A DNA stretch of 64,000 bases from Epiperipatus broadwayi. Its lineage: Eukaryota; Animalia; Onychophora. How positions within the stretch are numbered: position 1 is the stretch's first letter; every line of letters begins with the position of its first letter. The notes below the pieces were generated by a model. The model searched no databases, was not told the origin of the DNA, and saw nothing but the letters and a program-made list of their open reading frames with translations. A program made the translations under genes and the position numbers. The stretch lies in contig JAQFVV010000002.1 of assembly GCA_028023455.1 (NCBI GenBank), forward strand, positions 7,750,001 to 7,814,000, in the 5' to 3' direction. This document shows positions 1-12,556 of this stretch, one piece after another.

Positions 1-149
1 GATGGTTATGATTGCCCCAGAAGTTTTCTTCAGAACTATAACAAACACAGTACAAATACATGAATACAAATATACATGAACATATAATTTTACATTATAT
101 ATATATTCAATCTTATAATCATTATTTATTTATATATCCACATATCATC

Positions 150-1060
150 ATCATGATCAACCATTATCAATCCACTTCAGGATGAAAATCTCCAAGTTCA
201 ATCCATCTTCTCCGATCTTTAGCTTCTCTTCTCCACATTACCCCTGCACACTTTCTTATTTCATCCATTCGTCTCACATGTGGTCTCTTTCTGGATATTT
301 TACAATATCTTGGAATCCAGTTTAAGATTTAAATTGTTCATCTATTATCATCTCTTCTAGCAATATGTCCAGCCCAACTCCATTTCATATTTTTAATTTT
401 TTCAATGAGGTCAGTAACACCTGTTTGTTCTCTTACCCATATATTGCATTTTTGATCTCTTCTTGTTACTCCCAACATACATCTCTCCATACTTCTTTGA
501 GTGTTTTGAAGTCTCTGTATTGCTCTTCTATTAAGTGCCAAGTCTCAGATCCATAAGTAAGAACTGGCAAAACATTTATTAAAAACCTTCATTTTCAAAC
601 ACATAGGCATATTTCCTTTTAGTATCAAGATATTTCTACCAAAAGCACTTCAACCAAGTTTAATTCTATGATTAAGTTCATCCATTATGTTTCCATCTGT
701 ATTAATAATCTGACCAATGTATTTGTAACTGTTAACTTCTTTTAACTCATCATAATCAATCTTTATTTTTATATTTTGAGAAAATCAATTAAACATTACT
801 TTAGTCTTTTTAGCATTTATCTTTAGTCCTACTTTCTTACTTTCATCTGATAACTCCTGAAATATTTCCTGTAGCTCTAAAGCATTATTTGCAAGAACAA
901 CTACATTATCTGAAAAATCTAAATGATTTAAATAATCTCCATTTACTTTCACTCCTTTAGCTTTCGATTTTAATCCACAAAATACTTCTTGCAGCATTGC
1001 TATAAAAAGTTTTGGAGATATGGGATCACCTACCTTGTATTAAACCCTTCTCAATGTTGA
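150..1060 (-). mobile_element. RTE-clade LINE, 3' fragment (RT domains and C-terminus), decayed
   Basis: ORF 785-997 gives GVKVNGDYLNHLDFSDNVVVL...GLKINAKKTKVM (degenerate xADD and GLKIN motifs). ORF 338-541 gives LQNTQRSMERCMLGVTRRD...KWSWAGHIARRDDNR, the typical RTE C-terminus. Confidence 0.85.
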
Positions 1061-1079
1061 CTTTCCTAGTATCATTATG

Positions 1080-2220
1080 TATTCTAATTGTTATATCCAC
1101 ATGTATCTTTATGTATCTCTCTATCACTTTTTATATTCTATATTTATCTATATATTTTATTTTTATTTCTTTTATTTTTTATTTTATTCTTATTATTTTT
1201 TTTAATATTTAACTCTAATATTATATATTTAAATTTTTATTTTCTACATTATTATTATTCATTATATTAACATTCAATATGTATAATTTTGTTTAACCTA
1301 TAATATTACATTCTGACATATTTTTATACCTATCTTCTACTTATATTTTCAAATCTTAATTGTTACCAATCCAAACTTTTAAATTTTACAGTCATATTTA
1401 ATAGCTGCCTCTTTCTATTTTTTATATAATTATTATTATTTTTTTTATGTCAAAATTTTTTTCAGACTCAAATCTCTATTTAATTCTGGCTTAATTTTAT
1501 TAATATAAATAGCTTCTTTTATTTTTATATTCCTTTTATTATTTGTAAATTGTATCTTTATACATTCCTTGCCAAACTCATGCTCTGTTTCTAATGTATG
1601 TAAATATATAATACATATAAATATGATAAAAATTTGCTGATTATATTTACATACATTAGAAACAGGGCATGAGTTTGGAATGGATTGTATACAAGATAAT
1701 ACAATTTACCAATAATAAAAGAGAAAAATAAAAGAAGCTATTTATATTAATAATATTAAGCTAGTATTAAATGGAGATTTGGACATGAAAAAAATTGGCA
1801 TTAAAAAAATACATTTAATTATATAAAAATGAAAAGAGGGAGCTACTAAATATAACTGTAAAATTTAAATGTTTGAATTGATAGCAGTTAAGATTTGAAA
1901 ATATAAGTAGAAGATAGGTATAAAAAATGTTAAAAAATAATATTATATGTTAAAGAAAATTATACATATTTAATTTAATATAATGAATAATAATAATGAA
2001 AAATATAAAAATATGAATATATAATGTTAGAGTTAAATATTAAAAAAATTAATAAGAATAAAATAATAAATGAAATAAAAATAATATATATATAAATACT
2101 GATTGATAAATATCGAATATAAAAAACATTAAAACGTATAATATATAAAAAGATAATAATTATATAGAGAGGTATATAAAAATATATATAGTATACAAAT
2201 AATGATTATCATCTAGAATA
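1080..2220. mobile_element. Fold-back (inverted duplicate) Penelope-like element fragment
   Basis: Arms ~1080-1610 and ~1643-2220 are diverged reverse complements (e.g. ctcatgctctgtttctaatgtatgtaaatat / atatttacatacattagaaacagggcatgag). The right arm translates with stops and shifts to HTLETGHEFG...KIKEAIYI, resembling a GIY-YIG C-terminus. Confidence 0.7.
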
Positions 2221-3644
2221 TATGTATATATATATTGAAGCATTTTGCCTGTCTGACTAGGTCTCTGTTACATGTAAAATGCGTGAGTTGATCGAGTTAT
2301 GGAAAAGGAAGAAAGTTCCATTCCTACTTCTAAAAATATAACTATATTTCCTGATCAACTCTACCTAATAATTGTTACGATTTATGCTATCAATGGAATC
2401 AGCTTTTATTTCTTTTATAAGGGTGCCAGGATTTATATAAGAATCCGCTGAAATCCGTCGAGTCACGTCTCGAAAATTAAAAAGAAAAATGCTTTTAAAA
2501 GAATCAGTATCACATTTTACTGTAACTAGAGTTATTTTCTAAATATTATTATTCCTGGAACTTAGTCAACACATATTGGCAAAGGTAAATTATATTTTCA
2601 AATCTTACTAAACTAATATTAATAAATTTAATAATAATCATCAATAACATACAATGGAAAGTTGATATTAGAAATAAATATTTTTATTCTAACAAATTAA
2701 AATGTTTAAAAATAAATTACTAATTAAATAAAACTGGAAAGAACACACGCTAATCCAGACATGAATCCATTAATAAAAAATAACAGTTAAACAATTAAAG
2801 TTCTTGGGTAAACAAGAGTCTCTTGAATAATAAAATTACAGTCTTTATCAGGATTATTTTAAGCTTTTTTTTTTCACAATCAGGAAAAGTTAATCTTAGC
2901 TTACTAGTAAGTTTAGCGAGTTCATGAAGATTGTAGATTACTATGCATAGTTTTTTTGTGGGAGAAGGAGCTCGGCCATCGGTTATAAGTTAATCTTGGT
3001 CTATCCCATTGGTTGGTCATGAAAGCTTTTCCGGTGTCCATCTTCAGGAACGATGTCAGCAAAATCCCCGCTCCACTTCAACATGCAGAATTATTTCAGC
3101 ATAGAGTAGTCCTGGATATATTTTGGTATCCAGGACCAACTATAGGAAAAAACAGACAAAACAAGATGTTGATTTAACTGGTCTCTTCCTTTTTATATTC
3201 GGGGTTCAGTTTTCAGACTTCTGCACATATCTTTTGTTTGTCAAAAATACATGTTGATAATCTTGTGCATTCTTTTGTATTTTTCAGTTACAAAATCTTT
3301 ATTTTTTTAGCATAATTCTGCCATCTTTAATTAGCTAAAATATTTTTCTTTTAGCTTATCTGGATTAGTAATTTGTGTGTCTTTTGTTCTCTCCAATTTT
3401 TACTTTTATTTTTAATTAGATAAAAAAATATGGACAAACAATTTAACTTTCATTGTTCATTTTAAAAAAATAAACTATACAAACTAAAAAAAAATTTAAT
3501 TGCCTCTTTTTAATAAGATCGCTAAATTTACTTCTTAGCTTTTAACTATTTTACCAAATACCAATATATTTGTACCGTATATAAATTAACAGTACAATAT
3601 ATAAACGGTAAAATTATATGTTCATGTACTTGCATTGTGTTTAT

Positions 3645-3690
3645 TATAGTTCTGAAGAAGATTGCTGGAGCAATCCAAACCATCAATAGT
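3645..3690 (+). ncRNA. Degenerate type I hammerhead ribozyme relic (PLE-type)
   Basis: CTGAAGA(3652-3658) A GATTGC-TGGA-GCAATC (perfect 6-bp stem II), then CAAAC in place of GAAAC. Confidence 0.4.
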
Positions 3691-3722
3691 TGATTGTAAA
3701 AAGTAATAAAGAACATAAATGA

Positions 3723-3864
<142 letters not shown>

Positions 3865-4979
3865 TACAAGACATTATTTAATGAATTTACCTTAGAGTCA
3901 AAGAGACATTTTTTGCATTCCAGGATAAATAAATTTATAAACTATAATAATATTTTTCATATCTCAGGGTATTTTAATAAAGGCAGATAATTAATATTCA
4001 AGTGACCTAAATATGTGAACTAGTAAGTATAATCTTATATTCAATAAAATATTAAACCTGATTTTAAAAATTAAAATAAACAATTTATTTTAATTAAGAA
4101 AAATTATTAAACATGCTATATATATATATATTAATAACTTTCCTTTAAAATGTCAAGATGTTCATTTATATAGATCCAATGACTTATAAAATTACAATGA
4201 CTCCTCAAATATTAAGTTATTAAAAATTAGGGATAAATTATTATTTTTATTAACAATCTATAAATTAATGACTTCTTAAATATATCTGTTTTCCAATGAT
4301 TGATCAAATCACTCCTTCACTATTTTTAAAATTTTAATATTCCTTATGTAAATTTTTAACTTATGCAATGTCTCATTTTATTATAATGAATCTTCAGCAA
4401 TAATTCATCAAAAATATTCTACAACTAGGCATATACAATGTACTAAAAAACCCAATGTTATTTATATCTCTTGTTTGATATAAGTGAATTGCATATTTAT
4501 AAATTAAGAATATAAAAAAATAATCAGTTGTAATCTAATATATATAATCCTAGCTATTAAGGCTTCACTTAAATTACACTCTTTAATGCTATTAAGTCCC
4601 AAAAGGAAAATGTAAGTTAATTCAATCAATTTTAAAAACCCATTACTCCACAAAATTTAACATTATAAATACAAACAGAAACTTTATGATTTAATAATCC
4701 TTATAACATTATTAAATGCATATCTACAAATTAGTTAATTCATTAAAATGTAATGTTTGTAATGAAATATCAATAACAACAATAATAAATAAAAATTCAA
4801 ATTACCTCATGAGGTTGTTTCTTTTATTAATGTTGTAAAGAACATAATATAGTTTATAATGAACTTAAATTTTTGATCTCTTATTTTTATTTTTTTTTTT
4901 CAAATGCAACGACAAAATTATTATATACATGTATACATTCTTACTTTTTAACAAAATAATGCAAATGTCTTAAGTAAAT

Positions 4980-5250
4980 TCTCCTCCATTTTTATTCCTC
5001 TAGAAATTCTCACTAATTACTAAAGGCTTGAAATAATACTAAATCCCAATTGACATCATAAAATTTGGAGGTAGTTTAGGCTTTGATAAATAAGAAGAGG
5101 GTGATTGCTTGTTGATAGCTATTATTATTATACTTTGTTGTCCTTGACCATTTGAACTATCTTGATGAGATGACAAATTTGACAGCTGATGTGGAGTTAG
5201 CTTCTGGTGTTCAAGTTTTATCTTCTCAACCTGCCATTCCTCTCTTGTTT
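4980..5250 (-). pseudogene. Possible gypsy gag N-terminal relic
   Basis: Manual translation EWQVEKIKLEHQKLT...SKPKLPPNF, then in a shifted frame DVNWDLVLFQAF. Resembles the coiled-coil plus KLPxF start of gag. Pattern-level only. Confidence 0.25.
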
Positions 5251-5816
5251 AACTGCTATCCCCAGTAAAAAGATACATGCCAATTGTTTTTTTTTTGACA
5301 ATGGATTTAACAGTGTGTAAAAAAAACAAACATTGTTTAAAATTAAAACACTATATTGATCAGTTTTTTTAAAAAAAGTAATGAAAATGAATTTCCAATA
5401 AATATTTCTTTATGGTTTTTTTTTATTTAACATAATAAATCAATATTCTTCACAAATATAAATACAATAATACACACTAAAGATTTATTTCTTCATGAAT
5501 GGTAATTTTGTCCCTTTTTTATTGTTATTTTAAAAATAACTGACTTTTAACTATATTCATCTGATCTATAACACATTTTATTATCTTGTCATTTTATTAT
5601 TTCAAATATTAATAACAAGAAACTTTATTTAAACAAAGCATTTATTTACTCAAAAAATAGCTGAGTTTGATTCTATAACCAAACTTTTAAATAACATAAT
5701 GGGAATTACCACCATAATATATACCATTAGATATTTTTGCAGTGAATTAATATATGTATTCTCTTAATGTATATATATATATATCATATTTATTATGTAT
5801 ATATAATTATATTATT

Positions 5817-6058
5817 AAAATTACCACAAGTTTACCACTAAACCAGGTTAGCCAAAAAAAAGTAAATTCTAAAACACAAACAATTGTTTCACTGCTACAA
5901 GAAAACTTTTCAAGTATAAAGGACTAAAAGAAAACAAATTTATGCTAAATACACTTTACACTTGAGAAGTCTGCTTGTAGCATTGAAACCATTGGTTGTG
6001 TTTTAGAGTTTATTTTCTTTGGTTAGTTTGTTTTAGTGGTGAATTTGGGATAATTTTA
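5817..6058. repeat. Imperfect inverted repeat, ~83-bp arms
   Basis: 5817-5899 is a diverged reverse complement of 5974-6058. Confidence 0.75.
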
Positions 6059-6237
6059 ATAATTTTCTTGACCTGTTTAGCTTTAGACTTTAATGTTTAT
6101 ATCATGATATATACAAAAATATTTCCAGTGCATACCACTATCTGAAATAAATATCAAATATTTTTTAACATTTGAGATGGTTTGATATAATCATATATGT
6201 GTAATAAATCAGGAAATAAGTTTTTTCTTTAAAATTG

Positions 6238-6472
6238 TTTGATAGTTTTTATTTTAATTTTAAAACAGTTTTTTTTATTTATAATGTATAAATAATTATA
6301 ACTTTTAGATAACTGTAATTGCAAAGCAGAAATCACTTCTGCTTCACAATGACAATTGTTTTTTTAAAAAAGTTAAAGAAAACTTGCTATCATTGTTTTA
6401 AATGATCCCAAGTTTTTCTTTAGCTTTTTTTTAAAAACAATTGTTTTAAAATAAAAATAAACACTATCAAAC
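6238..6472. repeat. Palindromic MITE-like element
   Basis: Outer arms gtttgatagt...ttttaaaac / gttttaaaa...actatcaaac. Inner hairpin acaattgtttttttaaaaaagttaaagaaaacttg / caagtttttctttagcttttttttaaaaacaattgt. Confidence 0.65.
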
Positions 6473-7521
6473 AATTTTAGATAGAAAACTTAGTTACTAA
6501 TTTATTATATATATAACTATGTTTTCATACTAAAGATTATATATGCATTAAGACTTCAAATGGTTAAAAAATGTTATTAGATTGAAAGAAAAAAATATTT
6601 ATATTGTTCTCTCATGAGTATTATTTAAAACAAATCAAAGTTCTAAAAATAATTGTTAATTGTATATAACATGTGAAATTATTGAATATTTTTAATATTT
6701 TCTCATCTTTTGTTCCATATCTAAGAAACTAGATGATCTACTGAAAATGTGAGTCATATGGATTAGGCTTGCATAACTTAATTATATATCATATTTCAAG
6801 CAATTTTATTGAATTTAAATATATTAAACTTTGATTTAAAAATTTTATTCTAACTTCAAAAAGATCAAAACTTAATTAAATAAACAAAAATATTTTCCAA
6901 CTTTAATAAAAGCATTTAAAAAACAAAAAACTTTACTATTCAATAGACTTTTTCAAAACTCAAATCTCTATGTAACTATCATTTTTTTTATAATCTCTGT
7001 GATTTTTTCTGATTACCATACACTTAGTGTACATCATGCTGGTAAAATCAATCACTTTAGAAAGTATCATTTTTAAAATTTGTAACTATTTCAGAAAGAT
7101 CTGTATTTTTGTACTAAATCCTTTTCAGACATGGTTTTCTAGTTTGCATTAATATTACCTTTCAGACACTTAACTACTAAACTTATCAAAACAAATCTCC
7201 AAATCATTCTAAAAAAATTAAGTATAATTCAACAAGCACCATTATTCAATTTGACAATTTTTGTAAATGAAAAATATAAGTAGGGAATACGTGCCAATTA
7301 CTATTTATTAAAAAATAAGATATTCTTCACCAATCTTCTTAGTTGGATAATAAGATATATAAGCTATGCATATAAAACAATGTATATACTGAGTTATTAT
7401 CCAACTCTCAAAAATAATTACTTGTCAATATATGATTCGACATATTTTCCTCTATTTCAAAGTACCCATTTTTATAGTCCCTTACTTAATTTTACAATGT
7501 ATGTACAAGATAATTTAACAT

Positions 7522-7995
7522 ATTTAAATAAGATATCTTTAAATTACATCAATATGCAATCCAACATTAGAAATATATTATTTCTAAATTTCTATACTTT
7601 TAAGTATTTTTACCATCCAAATGATTTATAAATTGATAAACATCTTATCCATTCAAATTTTCCTTTATCATTTATAATCTAAGACTGTTTTCCATATGAT
7701 TTTTCCTAAATTCAACTAACCAATTTTTTCAAAATCTTTTAATTTCAATTTTTTCATAATTTAAATAAGATATCTTTAAATTACATCAATATGCAATCCA
7801 ACATTAGAAATATATTATTTCTAAATTTCTATACTTTTAAGTATTTTTACCATCCAAATGATTTATAAATTGATAAACATCTTATCCATTCAAATTTTCC
7901 TTTATTGTTTATAATCTAAGACTGTTTTCCATATGATTTTTCCTAAATTCAACTAACCAATTTTTTCAAAATCTTTTAATTTCAATTTTTTCATA
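7522..7995. repeat. Near-perfect 237-bp tandem duplication
   Basis: 7522-7758 is repeated at 7759-7995 with only a couple of substitutions (e.g. tatcattt vs tattgttt). Confidence 0.95.
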
Positions 7996-8659
7996 AAAGA
8001 TTCAATAACTTCCATAGCAGTGGTCTGTTGGTTGAGAAATCATTATATTTAAGTCTGGAAGTGACAGCCATGAGTTGTAATTTATTGACTTTTAGTTTTT
8101 GAATTTACCACTATCACTGCACTAAATCATGAAACTCCAGTTAAAGTAATAATAGACTATATGGAACAATCCAGAAAAGCAATGCCATTTGTAATACAAC
8201 TTGATATGTCAACATTCATTTCAGTCCTATTAATCAAACCCTGCTTTTACCATATGACATTCCCATCTTTTTTGATCTATTTATAAGTCTATTTCTTATC
8301 AGACAAATTCATATAGTATTAAATGTAAAAATATTACCTGATTTTATACTATAGAATTTCATTTTACCTGGCTTTATACCACAGAATTTTATTTCACAAG
8401 ATTCATATTAACATCATTATATATATATACACACACATTAACCTTCTTCTATACATTGAACATAAGTTATCAGGATACATACTTTTTCCTTGACAATCAT
8501 AATAATGGTTATTTCAATATTCTGCTTAGTTTACCATTGTATAGTGTGGCTAACTCAACACGTAAAGATTTTTAAACTATTGCTTATGATTCTTTGGTTT
8601 TTTTTCAATAATTAAATATAAAATAGGAGTGTTCTAATTTCTAAAATTACATGATAATA

Positions 8660-8740
8660 AAAGCGATAGAATGAAAAATGGGTGCCGATATAGTATGCGC
8701 TTGACGCCATTTTGAATTTTAAAACACCTCGAAAACACTG
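8660..8740. promoter_or_regulatory. Small CpG-retaining patch with YY1-like motif (possible promoter)
   Basis: Five CpGs in ~70 bp in otherwise CpG-depleted DNA; GACGCCATTTTG at 8703-8714. Confidence 0.3.
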
Positions 8741-9089
8741 GTGACACTTACATTACTTTTTTTGATTTGTAGTTTGCTCAAGAGTTCATTAAAAAGTTTT
8801 CACATTGGGAATGATGGAGCTAAACTATAGTTCATGGATTTTAAGCTTCAATCTGCCATTCTAGCACTACACCAAATTATGTAGAATAAATCACAGCTAC
8901 TCATAAATTGCTTAGAATTAAGTTTAGTTTTATTTCAAAATAACTAATGCTATTATCTATGTATTCTGAATTAGTTTATATCAATTCTGAGTTACTAGTG
9001 GGTTAAAATGTCATATAACCTTTGGGGCAATTAACCATATAATTCAAACCACAAAAATAATACATAACTTCAGCTTACATAATGTTTCT

Positions 9090-9560
9090 CAGTAGTTATT
9101 ATCTAGCAAGCATCACATGATCACATCTCCAATACTAGCACATAATTGTTTATAAACAAAGCAAAGCAAAACATATAGTAGACACCAAAATGTATGAGTG
9201 CTGAACTGAGTTCAGACCCATATGACTATATAAGCTATTGAGCTTAGATTGAAAATATTTTTTGTGTTTTCAATTTCATGCTCAGTTTTGTAGTTAAGTA
9301 GAGATAAAAGGTAGTTGCTAGAGGATTGCATTAGATCCTAAGATCTAGATGCAGTGCTCTCAGATCCAAAGCTTCTCACTGACGAAGGCCACAAGCCAGA
9401 AACTAGTCTGGGGATATTGGATGAGTAGGCATTAGATAGGGATTTTATGCACAAGCCTTCTGGCATCCATTGATTATTCTGTTTAGCACAGGTGGCACTA
9501 CTATATGGAGTTTTGCTTTGCTTTGTTTATAGTTATTATCTAGTTATGTCACCTATTGTA
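9090..9560 (+). mobile_element. Short non-coding PLE-derived unit with inverted ends and internal hammerhead
   Basis: ataaacaaagcaaagcaaaac-atatagtag (~9152) is inverted at ~9497-9530. A 14-bp direct repeat tagttattatctag occurs at ~9093 and ~9530. Hammerhead at 9373. Confidence 0.55.
9373..9414 (+). ncRNA. Type I hammerhead ribozyme (minimal, PLE-type)
   Basis: Stem I TTCTCA/TGGGGA; core CTGACGA (9379-9385); stem II GGC-CACAA-GCC; GAAA (9399-9402); minimal palindromic stem III AC-TA-GT; GUC site ending at 9408. One extra A on each side of stem II. Confidence 0.65.
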
Positions 9561-11120
9561 ACCATATGATTATTGTTTCACTTATCAAAACTAAGATCTA
9601 GATAATATTAATTATCTTTTATTAATTTAGAAATATATTTTGTCTTTTATTGATTTAAAAAATATATTTTATCATTATCGCATATATAAAAATATTATTC
9701 AATAAACTTAATAATAGGTAGTTTAAATAGGAAAAGCCATTATGCACTTCATCATCATTATTTATCATCTTCCCATTTTTACCATTACAATTCATATAGT
9801 AAATAAGTGTACTGATAATATCTTTCTATTAAGAAACTCATTGGAATCAGTGAATGTGATTTTTAAAATGACATGAATATATATACTTCGTGTATATTTT
9901 CATTTACAGAAGCTTAGACATTTATTTAATAAAAACATTTGCTTAATATTTATAATATTTAACTTGAAACATAATATTTTGCCATGAGAATAATTTGATT
10001 ATCAAATAATTATTATATTTCGTATCTTGAGCATTTTGTTTGATAAACTTAAATTTTAAAAAATAATGATGAATTTTGATGTTTAGTTTGTATACTGCTT
10101 TACCAAAGTCTTAATATATCGAAGAAACATCTGGCAATTTATAATATAATTTAAAAAAAAAACATAACATTTCCACAAATATAAGCAAATATTTTAAAGA
10201 ATATTGGGAAATTCTAATTACATCTGTTGTTGAATCACTATAGTGTTTTGCTACTATAATTTATTTTAAAATGAAATTACTAAATAGTAATTTTCACCAT
10301 CTGTTTTATGTATAGTATTTGAAATAAATAAAATGGATCATATTAATGAATTACAATACATTTATTCTGCATTTTAAAAATTCCAAAATTGAAAGGAAAA
10401 GGGAGAAGAAAGATATCTAATTGTAACAGACTACAGATGTGTTATGCATAATCGCATTCTTCTGGTTGCCATTAATTAAGATGAAATTTGTCTGCTTTGA
10501 ATAATTAATGTGTTCTCCGTTTTTTTCTAGCATTTTTATTGACTTTATAAACCTTTATTAACTGAAATATAACAATTTGAGCTTATTATTCTTATCTTTT
10601 GGTAACATCAGCATTTTATTAAAATGCTTAAAATCTAATTGAGCTTCTTTATATTTAGTCTACTTTAAAAAATTCCTTGCTTTAGAGCTTTGTAAATTAT
10701 TGTCCTGGATCATATTCGATTTCTATTGATGCTTTTTATAAAAACATACACTATATATATAAAAATGATATAATTTTTTTTATGATGTTTTCTGTTGCCT
10801 TATTTTTTTTAGATAAAATATTATGTCTTAGTATTTAGAAATTGATAAGTAAATAATTTTAATTAATTTTTTAATATAAAAGATTTATATATATGTATCT
10901 ACACATATAACCATAAATATTAGAAAAAATGTACTTTAAGTGATCAAATTTCAATGCTAAAATTTGTCCATAATAAAACTGAAAATAATCAATTTAAAAC
11001 AAAATTGAAACAGACAACTCGCTATAAATATAAAAAAAATTTAATATATCAATCCACCTTTTATTCCTTAATGGAGCCTTTTCAATATGTTTCTTTTTAC
11101 ACAATCACATATGATACAAT

Positions 11121-12481
11121 GCACCGTGACCTTTTTCAGAGTGGGGAATCTCTCAGTCACTATGCCCAGAGAAACCTGTTAGCTACTTTACCTTCCCTTT
11201 CCATTCCCTGTCCTAAGTTTTTCCCATATTCTTCCCTATCCTGTTTTATCCCATTTCCACAGCATAATCTTTGTCAACTTCATGGTCTTTATATATAAAT
11301 CTCCCTTATCTTTTCCCAAACCCAGCATAAAAACCAAGAACCCACTTTCTGTATAATAACTTTGTTAATATTTAAAATTTCATTATTTGTATGTAAATAA
11401 ATCAATTATTTTATATAGTGCAATGTTTGGGTTTGAAAAGATAGATGGCCACCCTATCTTTTCCCAATGACTTTATCATGTGTTTGAAGTGTTAGTATTC
11501 AGTCATTTATAGTTAAAATCTGCAAAGTGCATGTGCAACAGCTTAATGCTGTTTAACTATTACAATTTCATTATTTGTATATTTGTACCCCTCCTGCTTT
11601 CAGGAATTTACATTCAATTAACTGATGCCTAATATTTTTTTTGTCTTCTTTACACAACTTGTAGACTAAATCACTTGCATTTTCACATTTATATGTATAT
11701 TTTCTTGTTGCTAATGATCCTGTTTGAGCCTTAAACAGTAAATTACTTTCCTTGCTATTATCATAAATTAACTTGCACCCAATATTCTGTTTACTTCTAT
11801 GTATGTTTAAAGACATTTACTCTACATACTAGTTCTTCATTTCTCCAACTTTTTATTCTTTATCAACACATCTATTCTTCTATCTCATTCCTTGCCATTA
11901 TAACCCTCAGCAATTCTCTTAACACAATCATCTCAATTTTTGTAAGTGTAATGACATAAATTCTTTATCTAAATCTTCTGTATACCATACTATCTTTTTC
12001 ACCCATCTTGTTGCCTATCCTTTACTCATAATCCAATTAAATACTATTTTGGCTATTCTCTTATTATTCATAAACTGCACTCTATTAAACATTTTTATTT
12101 TGTTTTTTGCATCTCTCATATAAAAAATTGACCATCCCATTTCTTCTTGAATTGCCTTCTTTGCCATCCACACATCTGCATCTAATGCATGTCTTCCTAC
12201 TTCTCTTTGTACTTTTTATAAGTAATCTAACACCCCTTTTCTAACACAACACATCATTACCATATGTTATCCCTGCTACTGCCACTTTCTTCCATACAAT
12301 TCTAGTTACATCATATTTATTATATGAAAACACTGTTAATTTCTTTATCAGTCCCTTTCTTTTTTTGCTTCATTTATCATTTTTTACTTCCATTCATACA
12401 TGCAATGCATGCAGTGTGATGCACTGTGGCATCTTTTTCAGTCAGGAATCACTTAACCACTATGCCCAGAGAAACCTGTTA
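11121..12481. repeat. 61-bp direct repeats (11121-11181 and 12421-12481) flanking a LINE fragment
   Basis: The last 24 nt are identical (cactatgcccagagaaacctgtta); the 5' part is diverged. Spacing is 1300 bp. Confidence 0.85.
11570..12400 (-). mobile_element. Non-LTR retrotransposon 3' fragment with C-terminal CCHC-type zinc motif
   Basis: Translation YNKYDVTRIVWKKVAVAGITYGNDVLC...VQREVGRHAL...IQEEMGWS and LLFKAQTGSL...KLCKEDKKNIRHQLIEC. Confidence 0.75.
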
Positions 12482-12556
12482 CCCATGACCAACTATCCTA
12501 CAGCAACACCACCCAATGGACATTAGTTACATTACGATAGATGTAATAGTATATAT

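Noticed and set aside
3017-3050. Minus-strand CTGAAGATGGACACCGGAAAAGCTTTC hammerhead-like motif
   Set aside because: Stem II is only 2 bp and no stem I pairing was found.
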